This document shows, in pieces, positions 1-13,390 of a stretch of 64,000 nucleotides of DNA. The number at the start of each line of letters is the position of its first letter. Positions within the stretch are counted from its first letter, which is position 1. Origin of the DNA: Eledone cirrhosa (Eukaryota); the NCBI GenBank assembly GCA_964016885.1, contig OZ024740.1, positions 276,024,001 to 276,088,000 of the forward strand, read 5' to 3'. The notes beneath the pieces are model-generated. The model had not been told where the DNA came from. It saw nothing but the letters and a program-made list of their open reading frames with translations, and did not search any database. Made by a program: the position numbers and the translations under genes.

Positions 1-181
1 TATATATATATATATATATATATACATTATGAAGAGAGAAGAAACATTTAGATATAATTAGTAATAAAATGTATCATACCTAAACTGTTCCTAAATTCCT
101 TAACTCCGCACCCTTAACTCACAGTTGGGTGCGGATGCACTCGTGTATATATGTGTGTGTCCGCATGTATCTGTGTGTTTC

Positions 182-342
<161 letters not shown>

Positions 343-558
343 TGAAGGCGTGTGGCTGAGTGGTTAGAGAATTGGATTCACAATCTTGAGGTTGTGAGTC
401 CGATTCCTGGACCGGGCGATGCGTTATGCCCTTGAGCAAGGCACTTTATTTCACGTTGCTCCTTCTACCTGGAGTTGCGACCGATAGATAGTATTAGCAA
501 CTGGAAAGACCAGCGGAAACATTGTTTCCTCGGTCCGATTTGACGAAAGTCGATCGCT
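343..558 (+). mobile_element. tRNA-derived SINE (family A, CORE-like central domain)
   Basis: A-box-like TGGCTGAGTGG, B-box-like GAGTCCGATTCC, then tgcccttgagcaaggcacttta (CORE-like) and a tail shared with 28968-29104(-) and 56065-56262(+). Confidence 0.8.
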
Positions 559-563
559 AAAAA

Positions 564-631
<68 letters not shown>

Positions 632-662
632 TATAAATATACATATATATATAATATATATA

Positions 663-1846
663 TAGTGTAAGAGTCAGGTCTATAACTTCACATTGGTGAC
701 CTTGAGCCAATCCTCTGCAAAAACGCACGTAACAGGTAATATATATCTGTATATATATATAAAGCTGAAGTTTTCTGTGTGTGTGTGGACAATTTTTAAT
801 GAGGGCTCATATATTCTAAACCATTCATGCGATTGTTTTGAAATTTTTTACAGGGCTTCTCCTTGCACAAAACCTGTGCATGATCTACAAAGGCTTTCAA
901 AAATCGATATTGGGGAGACATTAAAAAACTTTCGATTATTTGTGTCAATTTTCGTGATTAAGTAAGACAAGAGTTATCTTTCGTCAATACAATAGGAACT
1001 CATTTTTGATGTTGGAAAACATTTTGTTTTGGGATTTTGATGATTACAATTCGGCTCATTCGGATTTTACTTTACTCTTTGTACTTGAAACAAAAGGTTT
1101 TACTGTTGTCAAAAAGTTATACCTAGACTGGATTTCTGTTGTTACATGGGATAACGGATGACATCGAGCTCACATATATATACTAGCTAAAGTACCCGTC
1201 CTTTGGTCGGTTCAAGTAGCTTTCGATGTAGCTCATAAAACTAAACAAAGTAAATTTGAATACATAGAAGAAAAACGTACTTTTTGTAAACATGAAAACC
1301 TTAGGCACTATTCTAGCGAAATAATTAATATGTGAGCTCGATGTCATCCGTTATCCCATGTAACAACAGAAATCCAGTCTAGGTATAATTTTTGTTGACA
1401 ACAGTAAAACCTTTTGTTTCAAGTACAAAGAGTAAAGTAAAATCCGAATGAGCCGAATTGTAATAATCAAAATCCCAAAACAAAATTTTTGACATCAAAA
1501 ATAAGTTCCTATTGTATTGAGGAAAGATAACTCTTGTCTTACTTAATCACGAAAATTGACACAAATAACCGAACATTTTTTAATGTCTCCAAAGGCCCCA
1601 ATATCGATTTTTGAAAGGCTTTGTAGATCATGTCCAGGTTTTGTGCAAGGGGAAGCTCTGTAAAAAATTTCAAAGAAATCGCATGAATGGTTTAGAATAT
1701 ATGAGCCCTCATTAAAAATTGTCCACACACACACGCAAAACTTCAGCTTTATATATATACAGATATATATTACCTGTTGCGTGCGTTTTTGCAGAGGATT
1801 GGCTCAACGTCACCAATGTGAAGTTATAGACCTGACTCTTACTCTA
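663..1846. repeat. Long inverted repeat (~515-bp arms, 663-1177 / 1328-1846)
   Basis: Arms are reverse complements with scattered substitutions; ORFs 693+ and 1543- translate near-identically; (TA)n on both flanks. Confidence 0.9.
1182..1763 (-). mobile_element. Non-autonomous Helitron-like element
   Basis: Minus strand starts TCTGTATATATATAAAGCTGAAG...(GT)n and ends with an imperfect hairpin ccgaccaaaggacgg followed by CTAGT. Confidence 0.55.
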
Positions 1847-1889
1847 TATATATATTATATATATATATGTATATTTATATATATATGTA

Positions 1890-1973
<84 letters not shown>

Positions 1974-2027
1974 GTTAGGTTTGTTGGTTCACCACTGGAT
2001 AGAAATGCTCATTTCATATAGTCAACC

Positions 2028-2324
2028 TTGATGTAATATTAGGGCGAGCACTCGACATAATGCAAGTCACCCGTTTTCGTTTGTGTTGTTGGTGGCGCGA
2101 GTACGGAGTTAATTATTATGAAATAACAGGAGGCTGGACTGGTGTAATTTCTTAAAAGTTTATTATACTATGAACATTTCATAGTATAATAAACCTTTAA
2201 GGAATTACACCAGCCCAGCCTCCTGTTATTTCATAATAATTAACTCCGTACTCGCGCCACCAACAACACAAACGAAAACGGGTGACTTGCATTATGTCGA
2301 GTGCTCTCCCTAATATTACATCAA
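2028..2324. repeat. Fold-back palindrome (147-bp arms) of an HHR-element tail
   Basis: Arms 2028-2174 and 2178-2324 with a 3-nt loop; the sequence recurs directly after the HHR at 2625-2682. Confidence 0.9.
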
Positions 2325-2575
2325 TAGCACTTTTTAGCACTTCTGACCAACTTCTATGTAGTGTGATCCCAACGCTAGTCTCTGTCCATGACAGGGTGGT
2401 AGTAGTACACTATAAGCTTACACCCTTTCACCAGAAAGATATAAGAAGACTTAGCAGTCCTCACTTGAAGGCGGCCAACCAGACTGGAAACTGTTAAATG
2501 TTTGGCCACCTTCTCGTCTCTCTGCCTTTTCAGCCCCATGGATTGTCTCTATTATATTCCTTTGTTAAATTTCGA

Positions 2576-2633
2576 ATACCTGATGATGTCACCGGATTCA
2601 TACTGAACCCAGTCATTGAAATGTTCATAGTAT
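2576..2633 (+). ncRNA. Type I hammerhead ribozyme motif
   Basis: atac-CTGATGA-imperfect stem II (ttca/tgaa)-GAAA-tg tt c-ATA-gtat; stem I atac/gtat; AATAAA follows. Confidence 0.6.
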
Positions 2634-2702
2634 AATAAACCTTTAAGGAATTGCACCAGTCCAGCCTCTTGTTATTTTATAATATATATATATATCTTTG
2701 TT

Positions 2703-2740
<38 letters not shown>

Positions 2741-2988
2741 GTGTTTATAATGGTAGCTATGATGCTTCCATAGGCGGTATGGAAGCACCAGAGAGAGAGA
2801 GCGAGAGGGGGAAAGAGAAACAGGGGGACGGGCAAGGAGGTAATACATACATCTAAAATCATTTGGATACAAATATCATAATATAATGGTTGCAGAATGA
2901 AAATACAGACAAATATAATAATGTATGTATCCCACACACTTATTCTGTCGTCGCTCGCATAAGTAACACACACACACACACACACGTA

Positions 2989-3043
<55 letters not shown>

Positions 3044-3303
3044 CACACAAATACACATACTTTCACACCTGATTTCGCCAATTGCCGGATAACATCAAAA
3101 CAAAACACACAGACACACACATGCACATACACACATACACATACACACACATATCTATACTTTATAAGTATGTATGTGTGTAAGATCCTTCCCCCTCTCT
3201 ATAATTTAACTGCCTTACTCTCTCTATCGCTCTTCACTCTTTATATGACAACACTGTTTTAGTTTCCGTATCCCCCTTCAATATATATATATATATATAT
3301 ATA

Positions 3304-3503
3304 NNNNNNNNNNNNNNNNNNNNNNNNNNNNNNNNNNNNNNNNNNNNNNNNNNNNNNNNNNNNNNNNNNNNNNNNNNNNNNNNNNNNNNNNNNNNNNNNN
3401 NNNNNNNNNNNNNNNNNNNNNNNNNNNNNNNNNNNNNNNNNNNNNNNNNNNNNNNNNNNNNNNNNNNNNNNNNNNNNNNNNNNNNNNNNNNNNNNNNNNN
3501 NNN
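3304..3503. other. Assembly gap (200 N)
   Basis: Run of N. Confidence 1.
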
Positions 3504-3622
3504 CGAGTATGGCCATTGCACGATATACCATTATTAATAATTATTAATTAATTTTATCGTGCAATGCCTGTACGTGAAGATATTTTTTAAAGTGAGGAAA
3601 GACTGTGCACTGAGCCAATCCC
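3504..3622. mobile_element. Interspersed repeat abutting (CATA)n; partial copy of 20254-20590
   Basis: Matches 20274-20391; hairpin attgcacgat/atcgtgcaat. Confidence 0.75.
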
Positions 3623-3723
3623 ACATACATACATACATACATACATACATACATACGAAATCCACTAGCATATATTCACAGTGACACACGTTGACAAATA
3701 TGATGCACCTAGTTAAATAACAA

Positions 3724-3921
3724 CAGACATGTCAACTCTTCCCGTCCGACGGGGAGATCTCCCACCCACTTTGAGATGGATGAGAGATGTCTTCTCTTGT
3801 GAAAATGGATATAGCTTTATAGCATTATGTAAAAACACCCCATTTTGCCTCATTTCTTCCCGTTTTGGGGACACTTTTTCCATGTTACTCCCCGTTTGGG
3901 CCTTTAAAGGTTGGCAGGTCT
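3724..3921. mobile_element. Probable MITE (hAT-like)
   Basis: Imperfect TIRs cagacatgtcaac / gttggcaggtct; flanks share taacaa. Confidence 0.45.
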
Positions 3922-4424
3922 TTAACAATGAACATATTACACAAACCTACATGCATGTACATACAAGCATACACACATGTTCATAGATAAATAAACCAAC
4001 ATATACTTACACACACACAAACATAAAGACACACACATTGATAAGTAAATGTCTAATGTGAACGCACACATACACACACAAAAGACAAATACCGACAGAC
4101 ACTTTCTTACTGACACTCATGCACTGCAAAAGTTATTCAAACACACACACACGCACACACTTTGTAAGACAATGTCTTGGGTTACACGAAGTAATTCCTC
4201 ACCTAGTTGATGGTATGTAGTGATATTTATTTTTCTCAACAGAATAGTAGTGTGAAGTAGAGTAGAAAATATATATATCCGTAAGATTGAAAAAACGAGA
4301 ACGAATGAAGTAAAAGGTAAAGAAGTCTAGAAAAAAAAAATGTATGAAGGAATTTTAGAGAGGTCGGAAGAAGTAATGAGTGAGAAAGAACGTACGATTG
4401 AAAATATGCATGAAAGTAAACTAA

Positions 4425-5727
4425 TAATAATAATAATGGTTTCTACTTTAGTAGAGACAAGGCCAGCAATTTTGGTGGGAGGAGAAGTCGACGAAATCAA
4501 CCCCGGTGCGTTACTGCTACTTTATTTTATTGACCCCGTAAGGATGGATTTAAACTCACACCGCCCTTAATAATAATAATTGTTTCTACCTTTGGCACAA
4601 GGCCAGTAATTATCCCAGTGCATTACTGGTACTTTATTTTATCGACCCCATAAGGATGAAATGCAAAATTAACCAATAATAATAATAATAATAATAATAA
4701 TAATTGTTTCTACTTTTGGCACAAGGCCAGCAATTATCCCAGTGTATTACTGGTACTTTATTTTATCGACCCCGTAAGGATGAAAGGCAAAGTTAATGGT
4801 TTCTATTTTAGACACAAGGCCACAAATTTGGACGGGGGGAAAGTCGACTAAATCAACCCCAATGCGTTACTGGTGCTTTATTTTATCGACCCCGGTGGGA
4901 TTTGAACTCAGACCGTAGAGGACCGTAACTCTATGCTCCAAAACATATTGTCCGACTCTCTACCGATACTGCCAACCCACCGCCCTTAATAACATTAATA
5001 ATTGTTTCTATTTTAGGCACAAGGCTAGCAATTACCCAGTACATTACTGGTACTTTATTTTATCGACCCCGTAAGGATGAAAGGCAAAGTTGACCTCGGC
5101 GGGATTTGAACTCAGATCATAAGGGACGTAACTCTATGCTGCAAAGCATCTTGTCCGACTCTCTACCGATACTGCCAACCCACCGCCCTTAATAACATTA
5201 ATAATGGTTTCTGATATAGTCACAAGGCCAGCAATTTGGGGGGAGGGAAAGTCGACTAAATCAACCTCCAGTGCATTACTGGTACTTTATTTTATTGACC
5301 CCGTAAGGATGAAAGGCAAAGTTAACTTCGGCTGGATTAGAACTCAGAACGTACAGAGCTGTAACTCTATGCCGTGAAGCATGGTGCCCGGTGCTCTACC
5401 GATTTCTACCAATCCACCACCCAATAATAATAGTTTCTACTATTGGCACAAGGCCAGCAATTACCCCAGTGCATTACTTGTACTTTATTTTATCGACCCC
5501 GTAAGGATGAAAGGCAAAGTTAACCTCGGCGAGATTTGAACTCAGAACGTAATGGGTCATAACTCCATGCTGCAAAGCAAGGTGTCTGACGCTCTACCGA
5601 TTACTACGAATCCACCACCCAATAATAATGATGATGATTACTAAGGCCAATGATTTAAGGAATGAGGAAAGTCAATTATACTGATTCCAATACTTTACAT
5701 GTACTTACTTTATTTTATCGACCCCCT
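4425..5727 (-). mobile_element. Head-to-tail cluster of ~8 copies of the dominant tRNA-derived SINE (family B)
   Basis: Repeated tgtttctac..ggcacaaggccagcaatt..ctggtactttattttatcgaccccgtaaggatgaaaggcaaagt..gggatttgaactcag; on the minus strand A box TGGCAGTATCGG, B box GAGTTCAAATCC, (ATT)n tail. Confidence 0.9.
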
Positions 5728-6194
5728 AAACTATTGATGAAAAAAAGAAATGGAACAAATACGTGGATTAAGACAAGTAATTGAAATAAAGGAAAGAGTA
5801 AACGAAAGACGAAGGAAAAGTAAACGAAATGCGATAAACAAAAAGTGAAGGAAAGACAGTGAATAAAGAATACGGAAGACTACGAGTAAAGATTGAATGA
5901 GAGACAATAAAAAGTGTACGAAAGATGATGAATATAAGTGAATGAAAGAATGAATAAAAAACGAAGGAAATACAACGAAAAACAGGAAAAAAAAAAGGCT
6001 GAATAAAAGTATAGAAAAGAAGAAATTACGGAACACAAAGAAAGAAAAAAATAAATGAAATATGGACAAGAGGTGGGACTGAAGATATTTGTGAATGGAA
6101 AAAACAACTGAACCACAAAACGAAAATAATAATTCAAAGAAAAAATATAGATAAACGGAAGATTTAAAGAGAAGGGAGCAAAAAGAAAAGAATA

Positions 6195-6519
6195 AAACAT
6201 GCAGGACTCGTTCTCCGCCTCCAACCTTGTCGATTTGAGCACAAGCCTGGGCTCCACTGCTCGGAATGTCGAAGAGAGCCAAATACCGAAGCGTGACCGA
6301 CCGCTTCCTCTATACACCGGTCTCCCTCGAGTCCTCTGCGCCCTTGATTCCTGCGATGTTGATTTCTTCCGTGAAGTCGAAAAGACAGCGACCCACTTAA
6401 GAAGGGAGCCCCGTAAGATGGGCTGGCTGCTGCAGCGCGTGTCTCTGGCCATTCTCCTGTCAGAAGCAACTGTCTCCAATTGTTCCGGTTGGATCCCAAG
6501 CGAGACCAGCCGAGCCTAA
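6195..6519 (+). pseudogene. C-terminal fragment of a CRE-clade (RLE endonuclease) non-LTR retrotransposon, frameshifted
   Basis: DSFSASNL..G.TARNVEE, alternate frame KYRSVTDRFLYTPVSLESS, then DFFREV..REPR..WLLQRVSLAI; matches the CRE-type C-terminal motif pattern. Confidence 0.65.
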
Positions 6520-8275
6520 GTTTGCTATTAACTTAATTCTCTTTTTTATTGGAGAGCTATTTGTTAGTTACAATTTTTACCCACCGAGTCGACTCGACGG
6601 AACAGACGACAGATCAAATCTTAAACAAATAAACAGACGACATTTTAAAAAATATACACAAGCACTCACACGTGCATACAGACATGGGTGTGTGGTTAAG
6701 AAGTTTGCTAAGGTGATTGTTTATATATCGCGAAATCGATAAAGATAAATACCAGGCTTAAGAAGTAAGTACCGATGTCTATATGATCGACTAAAAGCTC
6801 ACAGTCCAGTAAAGAAAATACATTGAGAAAAATGTGTGTGACCGTGTTTAGAACTACATGGGGATGTTTCAATTCAACAATAAAGATATATTTAGGGAAA
6901 TATTACTGTAAAAAGTATGTTGTAGCTTTAGTGTCATCTGTGTGGCATGAAACTCAGAGTAGCGATGTGTAAATCTATACAAAGACTGTCTATACGTATA
7001 TATACCTCACTGGACATTTGTATTGAGTATTAAGTATGTATGAAATTAGGGAGTCGAAGGGGCATTTAATGGGCATTTTAAAAGTGGCGGAACTCATCTC
7101 GTTTGCCGGTCCGAGCGTAGCTAATTTCTTCCAGATAAAGAGTAAGAAAGAGATATAAAGTTTTTTTTCTTTAATTTTATTCGATCAAGAAAGGATGAAA
7201 ATCAAAGTTACCTCGGCGGGATTTGAACTCCGAGCGCAGAGAGTCAAACGAAATACCACAAAGTATTCTATCAGACGTTCTAAATATTGTTGCATGTAGC
7301 TGAACGTAGTACCTCAGGTGTGGAAATGTTTATACAGATACAACACTGATTTTCTGGCAACTGATTACCCGGCACCACTTTTTATATGGAAATAATTTTG
7401 GATGGTCATTTGAATTTCCTGCAACCCACCAGAAGAGGTACTTCACGTTAGGTGGTTACTGTGTGGCATTAGATACAGTTTTAGACATTTACACATTCAT
7501 TGTATAAATAAAGGTGGTAGGATGGCAAAATCGTTAGAGCAACGAACAAAGTGCATCGCAACATTTAGTAATGGCACTTTATGTTCTGAGTTTAAATCTC
7601 ACCGATGTCAACTTTACCTGTCATCCTTCCGGAGTCAGTAAAATAAAGTACCAGTCATGTACTGGGTTGATATAATTGACGACTTCTCTTCCCCACACAT
7701 TGTTGGCCAAGAAGTATTTAAAATTAGAGTGTTTCAACTTCGTAATATATTTCTAGTAACATTTTTATATAGTTCGACATAACGGATAATCCGGCATGGG
7801 ACTAGAACCATGTGTCCCGGAAAATCGGTGTTGTAGTTGTTTATTGAAATAGGGGTTGTTTGCAAATTATAAATTACTTACAGGGTGTGTATTTGGTACT
7901 AGTTTTCAGATCATCGAGAAGTTGGGTAAGCTACATTCAATGGGTTGGTACTCTGACCAGTAATATTAATTTTTCGACAACTTCTGAACGAGCGAGAAAC
8001 ACTGACATTTTGTGCTGTATGCACCACGTGGTTACTGTGTGTGTATGGAGGGCACATTTACATATTTCATGTTTTCCTTTCATAAGCCCTTTCTTTCTCT
8101 TTTAGATATATAGTATAGCTATGTACATACCATTGTACACACTTCTAGAAGCATATGAATTGCCATGTAGTCGTTAGAGTGTAAAACAAAAATGCGTTAC
8201 AGTGTTTGTTTTGATTGCTTGTACTTTGAACTGAAATCTCACTCACACAATCTTTGTTTATTTCGTCATCAATAA

Positions 8276-8505
8276 GGGTGGTGGATTGGCAGTATCGGTA
8301 GAGCGTCGGACGCCATGCTTTGACGCATAGAGTTACGGCCCTTGCCATTCTGAGTTCAAATCCCGCCGAGGTTAACTTTGCCTTTCATCCTTACGGGGTC
8401 GATAAAATAAAGTACCAGTAATGCACTGGATCGATTTAATCCCCCCCCCCCACAAAAAAAAAAAAAAAAAAATTACTGGCCTTGTGCCTATATAAGAAAC
8501 CATTA
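8276..8505 (+). mobile_element. SINE family B, near full length
   Basis: gtggattggcagtatcggtagag...gagttcaaatcc...ccttgtgcctatataagaaacc. Confidence 0.85.
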
Positions 8506-8589
8506 TTTCGTTGTCGATAAAGGGCGTTGAATTGGCAGCATCGGTAGAGCGTCGGACAACAATCGTAGATTACTCAGCGGGGCGGGCCC

Positions 8590-8652
8590 TTTACTCTTTT
8601 ACTCTTTTACCTGTTCCAGTCATCCGGCTGAGGCCATGCTGGGGCACTGCCC
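8590..8652 (-). mobile_element. 3' tail of a further SINE family
   Basis: Minus strand ggcagtgccccagcatggcc..atgactggaacaggtaaaagagtaaaagagt; related pieces at ~40786-40825 and 54317-54500. Confidence 0.55.
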
Positions 8653-8699
8653 TCTATATCTCCAACATAAGGAAAATTATCATCATCGTCTTCGGCCTC

Positions 8700-10118
8700 A
8701 TCACCATTGTCGTTGTCATCCTCGTCCATTTCCCATCATCATCATCATCATCACTACCACCAACACTATCATCATCGCCACTATAATCATCATCATCATC
8801 CATTCACCACCACCACCACCACTACCACCATCATCATCATCATCCGTTCACCACCACCACCACCACCACTACCACCATTACAATCGTCATCACCCATTCA
8901 CCACCACCACCACCACTACCACCATCACCATCATCATCATCCGTTCACCACCACCACCACCACCACCACCACCACCACCACTACCACCATTACAATCGTC
9001 ATCATCCGTTCACCACCACCACCACCACCACTACCACCATCATCATCATCATCATCCGTTCACCACCACCACCACCACCACCACCACCACCACCACTACC
9101 ACCATTACAATCGTCATCATCCGTTCACCACCACCACCACCACCACTACCACCATTACAATCATCATCATCCGTTCACCACCACCACCACCACCACTACC
9201 ACCATCATCATCATCATCATCCGTTCACCACCACCACCACCACCACCACCACCACCACCACTACCACCATTACAATCGTCATCATCCGTTCACCACCACC
9301 ACCAGCACCACCACCACCACCACCACTACCACCATTACAATCGTCATCATCCGTTCACCACCACCACCACCACCACTACCACCATCACCATCATCATCAT
9401 CCGTTCACCACCACCACCACCACCACTACCACCATTACAATCGTCATCACCCATTCACCACCACCACCACCACTACCACCATCATCATCATCATCACCCA
9501 TTCACCACCACCACCACCACCACCACCACCACTACCACCATTACAATCGTCATCACCCATTCACCACCACCACCACCACTACCACCATCATCATCATCAT
9601 CACCCATTCACCACCACCACCACCACCACCACTACAATCATCATCATCATTCATTCATCACCACCACCACTACTACAATCATCGTCACGACCATCACCAC
9701 TGCTACCACCACCACTACCACTACCACCACCACCACCACCACCACCACCACCATCATCATCCATTCACCACCACCACCACCACCACCACCACCACCACTA
9801 CCACCACTACAACCATAATCATTCATTCACTACCACCACCAACATCACCCGCAGCGTTCACCACTACTACCACTACCACCACCACCACCACCACCGACGC
9901 CACCACCAGCACCATCATCATCCATTCACCACCACCACCACCACCACCACTACTACCACCACTACAACCATAATCATTCATTCACTACCACCACCAACAT
10001 CACCCGCAGCATTCACTACCACCACCACCACCACCACCACCACCACCAGCACTACCACCACCACCACCACCACCACCATCACCATCACCATCATCATCCA
10101 TCCATCCATCCATTCATC
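8700..10118. repeat. (CAC)n/(CAT)n composite minisatellite
   Basis: Recurrent unit ccgttc(acc)n-actaccaccattacaatcgtcatcat. Confidence 0.95.
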
Positions 10119-10120
10119 AT

Positions 10121-10395
10121 AGAGGGTTGGATTATGCTTTCCAGCATAGTTACGTCCCTTTACGATCCGAGTTCAATTCCCGCCGAGGTTAACTTTGCCT
10201 TTCATCCTTACGGGGTCGATAAAATAAAGTACCAGTAATGCACTGGGATAATTGCTGGCCTTGTGCCAAAAAGTAGAAACAATTAATTGTTTCTACTTTT
10301 GGCACAAGGCCAGCAATTACCCAGTGCATTACTGGTACTTTATTTTATCGACCCCGTAAGGATGAAAGGCAAAGTCAACCTCGGCGGGATTTGAA
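10121..10395. mobile_element. Two SINE B copies tail-to-tail (+ then -)
   Basis: Axis at agaaacaatt|aattgtttct; gaaacaattaat duplicated at 10277 and 10393. Confidence 0.85.
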
Positions 10396-10832
10396 ACAAT
10401 TAATGTTTGTTACTTTATTTGGAAAGACAAAATTAACTTTGTGTCGGTGGCGGCCGTCCAATCCCTGTAATTTAGCCTCATTCTACACTTAGAAGACCTT
10501 ACTTGGGGTCACTGTGGGCCAAAAAATTAAAATCATTTCCCTCTCCCCTCCTTTCGTCTTAGTCCGGTAATTATAGGTACGAAACAAATAATAATAATAA
10601 TAATAATAATAATAATCATCTTTTTTCTTCTTTCTTTTAATGATCATAATATAAAAACGAATAAGTAATGGTGAAAGAAAATAAATATTTTCATGAACGT
10701 AAAAAAAACAAAATGTGATGGAAATTCCCATTATTCATTCTTTTTGTTATTTTATTACTATTGTTATTAATATTATTTTGTTGTTTTGTTGTTATTATCA
10801 ATTTCGTGTATTGCTCATTCATTTTTTGTTAT

Positions 10833-10893
<61 letters not shown>

Positions 10894-10955
10894 TATACAT
10901 ATTTACAGATAGGCGGTCATAAAGGCTAGTCTCCCCAGCACCACCACCACGCACG

Positions 10956-10987
<32 letters not shown>

Positions 10988-11062
10988 CGATCATAAAAGT
11001 TATTCGCTCTTTCTCTCTTACGCATACACACACACACACACACAAGCACACATACATATACA

Positions 11063-11276
11063 CATAGTCTCTGTCTCTCTCTCTCACTCTGATACACACA
11101 CACACATACATATACATATAGTCTCTGTCTCTCTCACTCACTCATACACACATATATACATATGGTCTCTCTCTCACCCACTCATACACACACATATATA
11201 TATATATATGGTCTCTCTCACTCACTCACACACAAACATATATATATATATATATATAGTCTCTCTCTCACTCACT

Positions 11277-11359
<83 letters not shown>

Positions 11360-11523
11360 TCTCTCTCTCACTCACACACATATATATATATATATATATG
11401 GTCTCTCTCTCACTCACACACACACATATATATATATATGGTCTCTCTCTCTCACTCACTCATACACACACACACACATATATATATATATATGTATATG
11501 GTCTCTCTCTCTCACTCACTCAT

Positions 11524-11583
<60 letters not shown>

Positions 11584-11760
11584 TCTCTCTCTCACTCACA
11601 CACACATATATATATATATATGGTCTCTCTCTCTCACTCACTCATAAACATTCACTCATACACACACACACATATATATATATATATATGGTCTCTCTCT
11701 CACTCACTCATACACACATATATACATATGGTCTCTCTCTCTCTCTCTCTCTCTCTGTCT
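11063..11760. repeat. Compound microsatellite array (ggt(ct)n-cactca-(ca)n-(ta)n)
   Basis: About a dozen variable-length units. Confidence 0.9.
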
Positions 11761-13000
11761 ATCTCTCTGACACACAGTCACACATATCCACAAGGTAAAA
11801 TCAAAGAAACCATACTTTCATACCGACACAAATACAGTGTTTCACACACATTTATATAAAGCATGAACTTTCACATTGATAATAGAACATGAGATATGCA
11901 CGTATAAACCACTTTTACATCACAAGCACTCACCACACACACATACAAACGTACGCACAAGCGCATACTTTTACACAGACGCAAACGTACTCTTGTAAAA
12001 AGTCACACACGTTTTCATACACACACACACACACATCACAAACTAATATACAATCAAACATAACACGCTCTCCCACAATTTGCATAGTTTTATATGTACG
12101 TATATACAGACACAAATATATTTCTACTCAATTGTGCACATATTTTTACACACATATTTGGTGGCAGATTTAATCAATCACCTGGTTTAACACTACCACC
12201 TGGACCATGAATGGGTGCATTTTTGCCTAGCCCTTTATTTTACAATCATTCGGACCAGGTTCCCCCCTCGTTCTAACAATAACTTCCTATTCTTTTTACC
12301 AGAGACGGAGGCCCTTCCTCTTCTGACTAAGCTATATGGGGAAAAAAAAAAAGCGAAAAAATTGTAAACGCCAAACGCACACACACAATCGCACATATGC
12401 TACCACACAAATACATAAAGCGCACATTCAGATATGCAGATAAAAAGCAATTTTACATCACACACAAACGCGTTTACGCAGGTACAGAGAAGTTGTTACT
12501 GAAACGCACTAAGAAGTTTTTACACAAACATGCGCGTTTTCACATACACAAACCTGTTTTTACACAAATGCACATAAGTTTTCATTTGCACAAACTTACC
12601 TCTACATCTCACACCAACATGATTCTACACAGCGCACACACTTCTTTACATACAATAAACGCACTTTCAAACACACTGATATGCATATTACTCACATACA
12701 CACAAACTTTCGCATGTATACAAAGAATCTTGTACAGACACAGGCATATAAATTAACGAAAACGTGTTTACACAGAAGCACGCACGCTTTGAAATAGACG
12801 TATACACGTTTACACAGATATAAGCACATTTCAGACATTCTAATGCTGCCATCCAGTCGACCTGCTAGAAATAGCCGAAAAAACTCCCTCAAATCACATC
12901 TTATTTTAACAAGGCATGTCATGATACATTACAGTAGGTGATATACTTTTGAGAAAAAATGACAGGATGGTCAGGGCTGAAACAGCCAGCCTTCATTATA

Positions 13001-13390
13001 GCCGAGGTTAGCTTTGTCTTTCATCCTTACTGGGTCAATAAAATAAAGCACCAGTAATGCACTGGGGTAAATTTAATTAACTTCCCTTCCCCTTCAAGTT
13101 GTTGGCCTTATGACTAAAGTAGAAACAATTATTATCATTATTAATAACGCCGAGGTTAACTTTGCCTTTCATCCTTACGGGGTCGATAAAATAAAGTACC
13201 AGTAATACACTGGGATAATTGCTGGCCTTGTGCCAAAAGTAGAAACAATTATTAATAATACCATGCATAGAGTTACGCCCCTTTACGGTCTGAGTTCAAA
13301 TCCCGCCGAGGTTAACTTAGCCTTTCATCCATACGGGGTCGATAAAATATACTACCAGTAATACACTGGGATAATTACTGGTCTTGTGCC
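13001..13390 (+). mobile_element. Three tandem, 5'-truncated SINE B copies
   Basis: Repeated gccgaggtta..catccttac..gtagaaacaa separated by AAT-rich linkers. Confidence 0.85.

Noticed and set aside
343-420. tRNA gene
   Set aside because: A/B boxes run into a SINE body present in multiple diverged copies; no intact cloverleaf
5731-6282. 183-aa hydrophobic ORF resembling a membrane protein
   Set aside because: Antisense of A/G-rich low-complexity DNA (F/S/L bias)
8636-10122. 445-aa and 471-aa His/Pro/Thr-rich ORFs
   Set aside because: Overlapping frames are open only because (CAC/CAT)n repeats lack stops; no domain content
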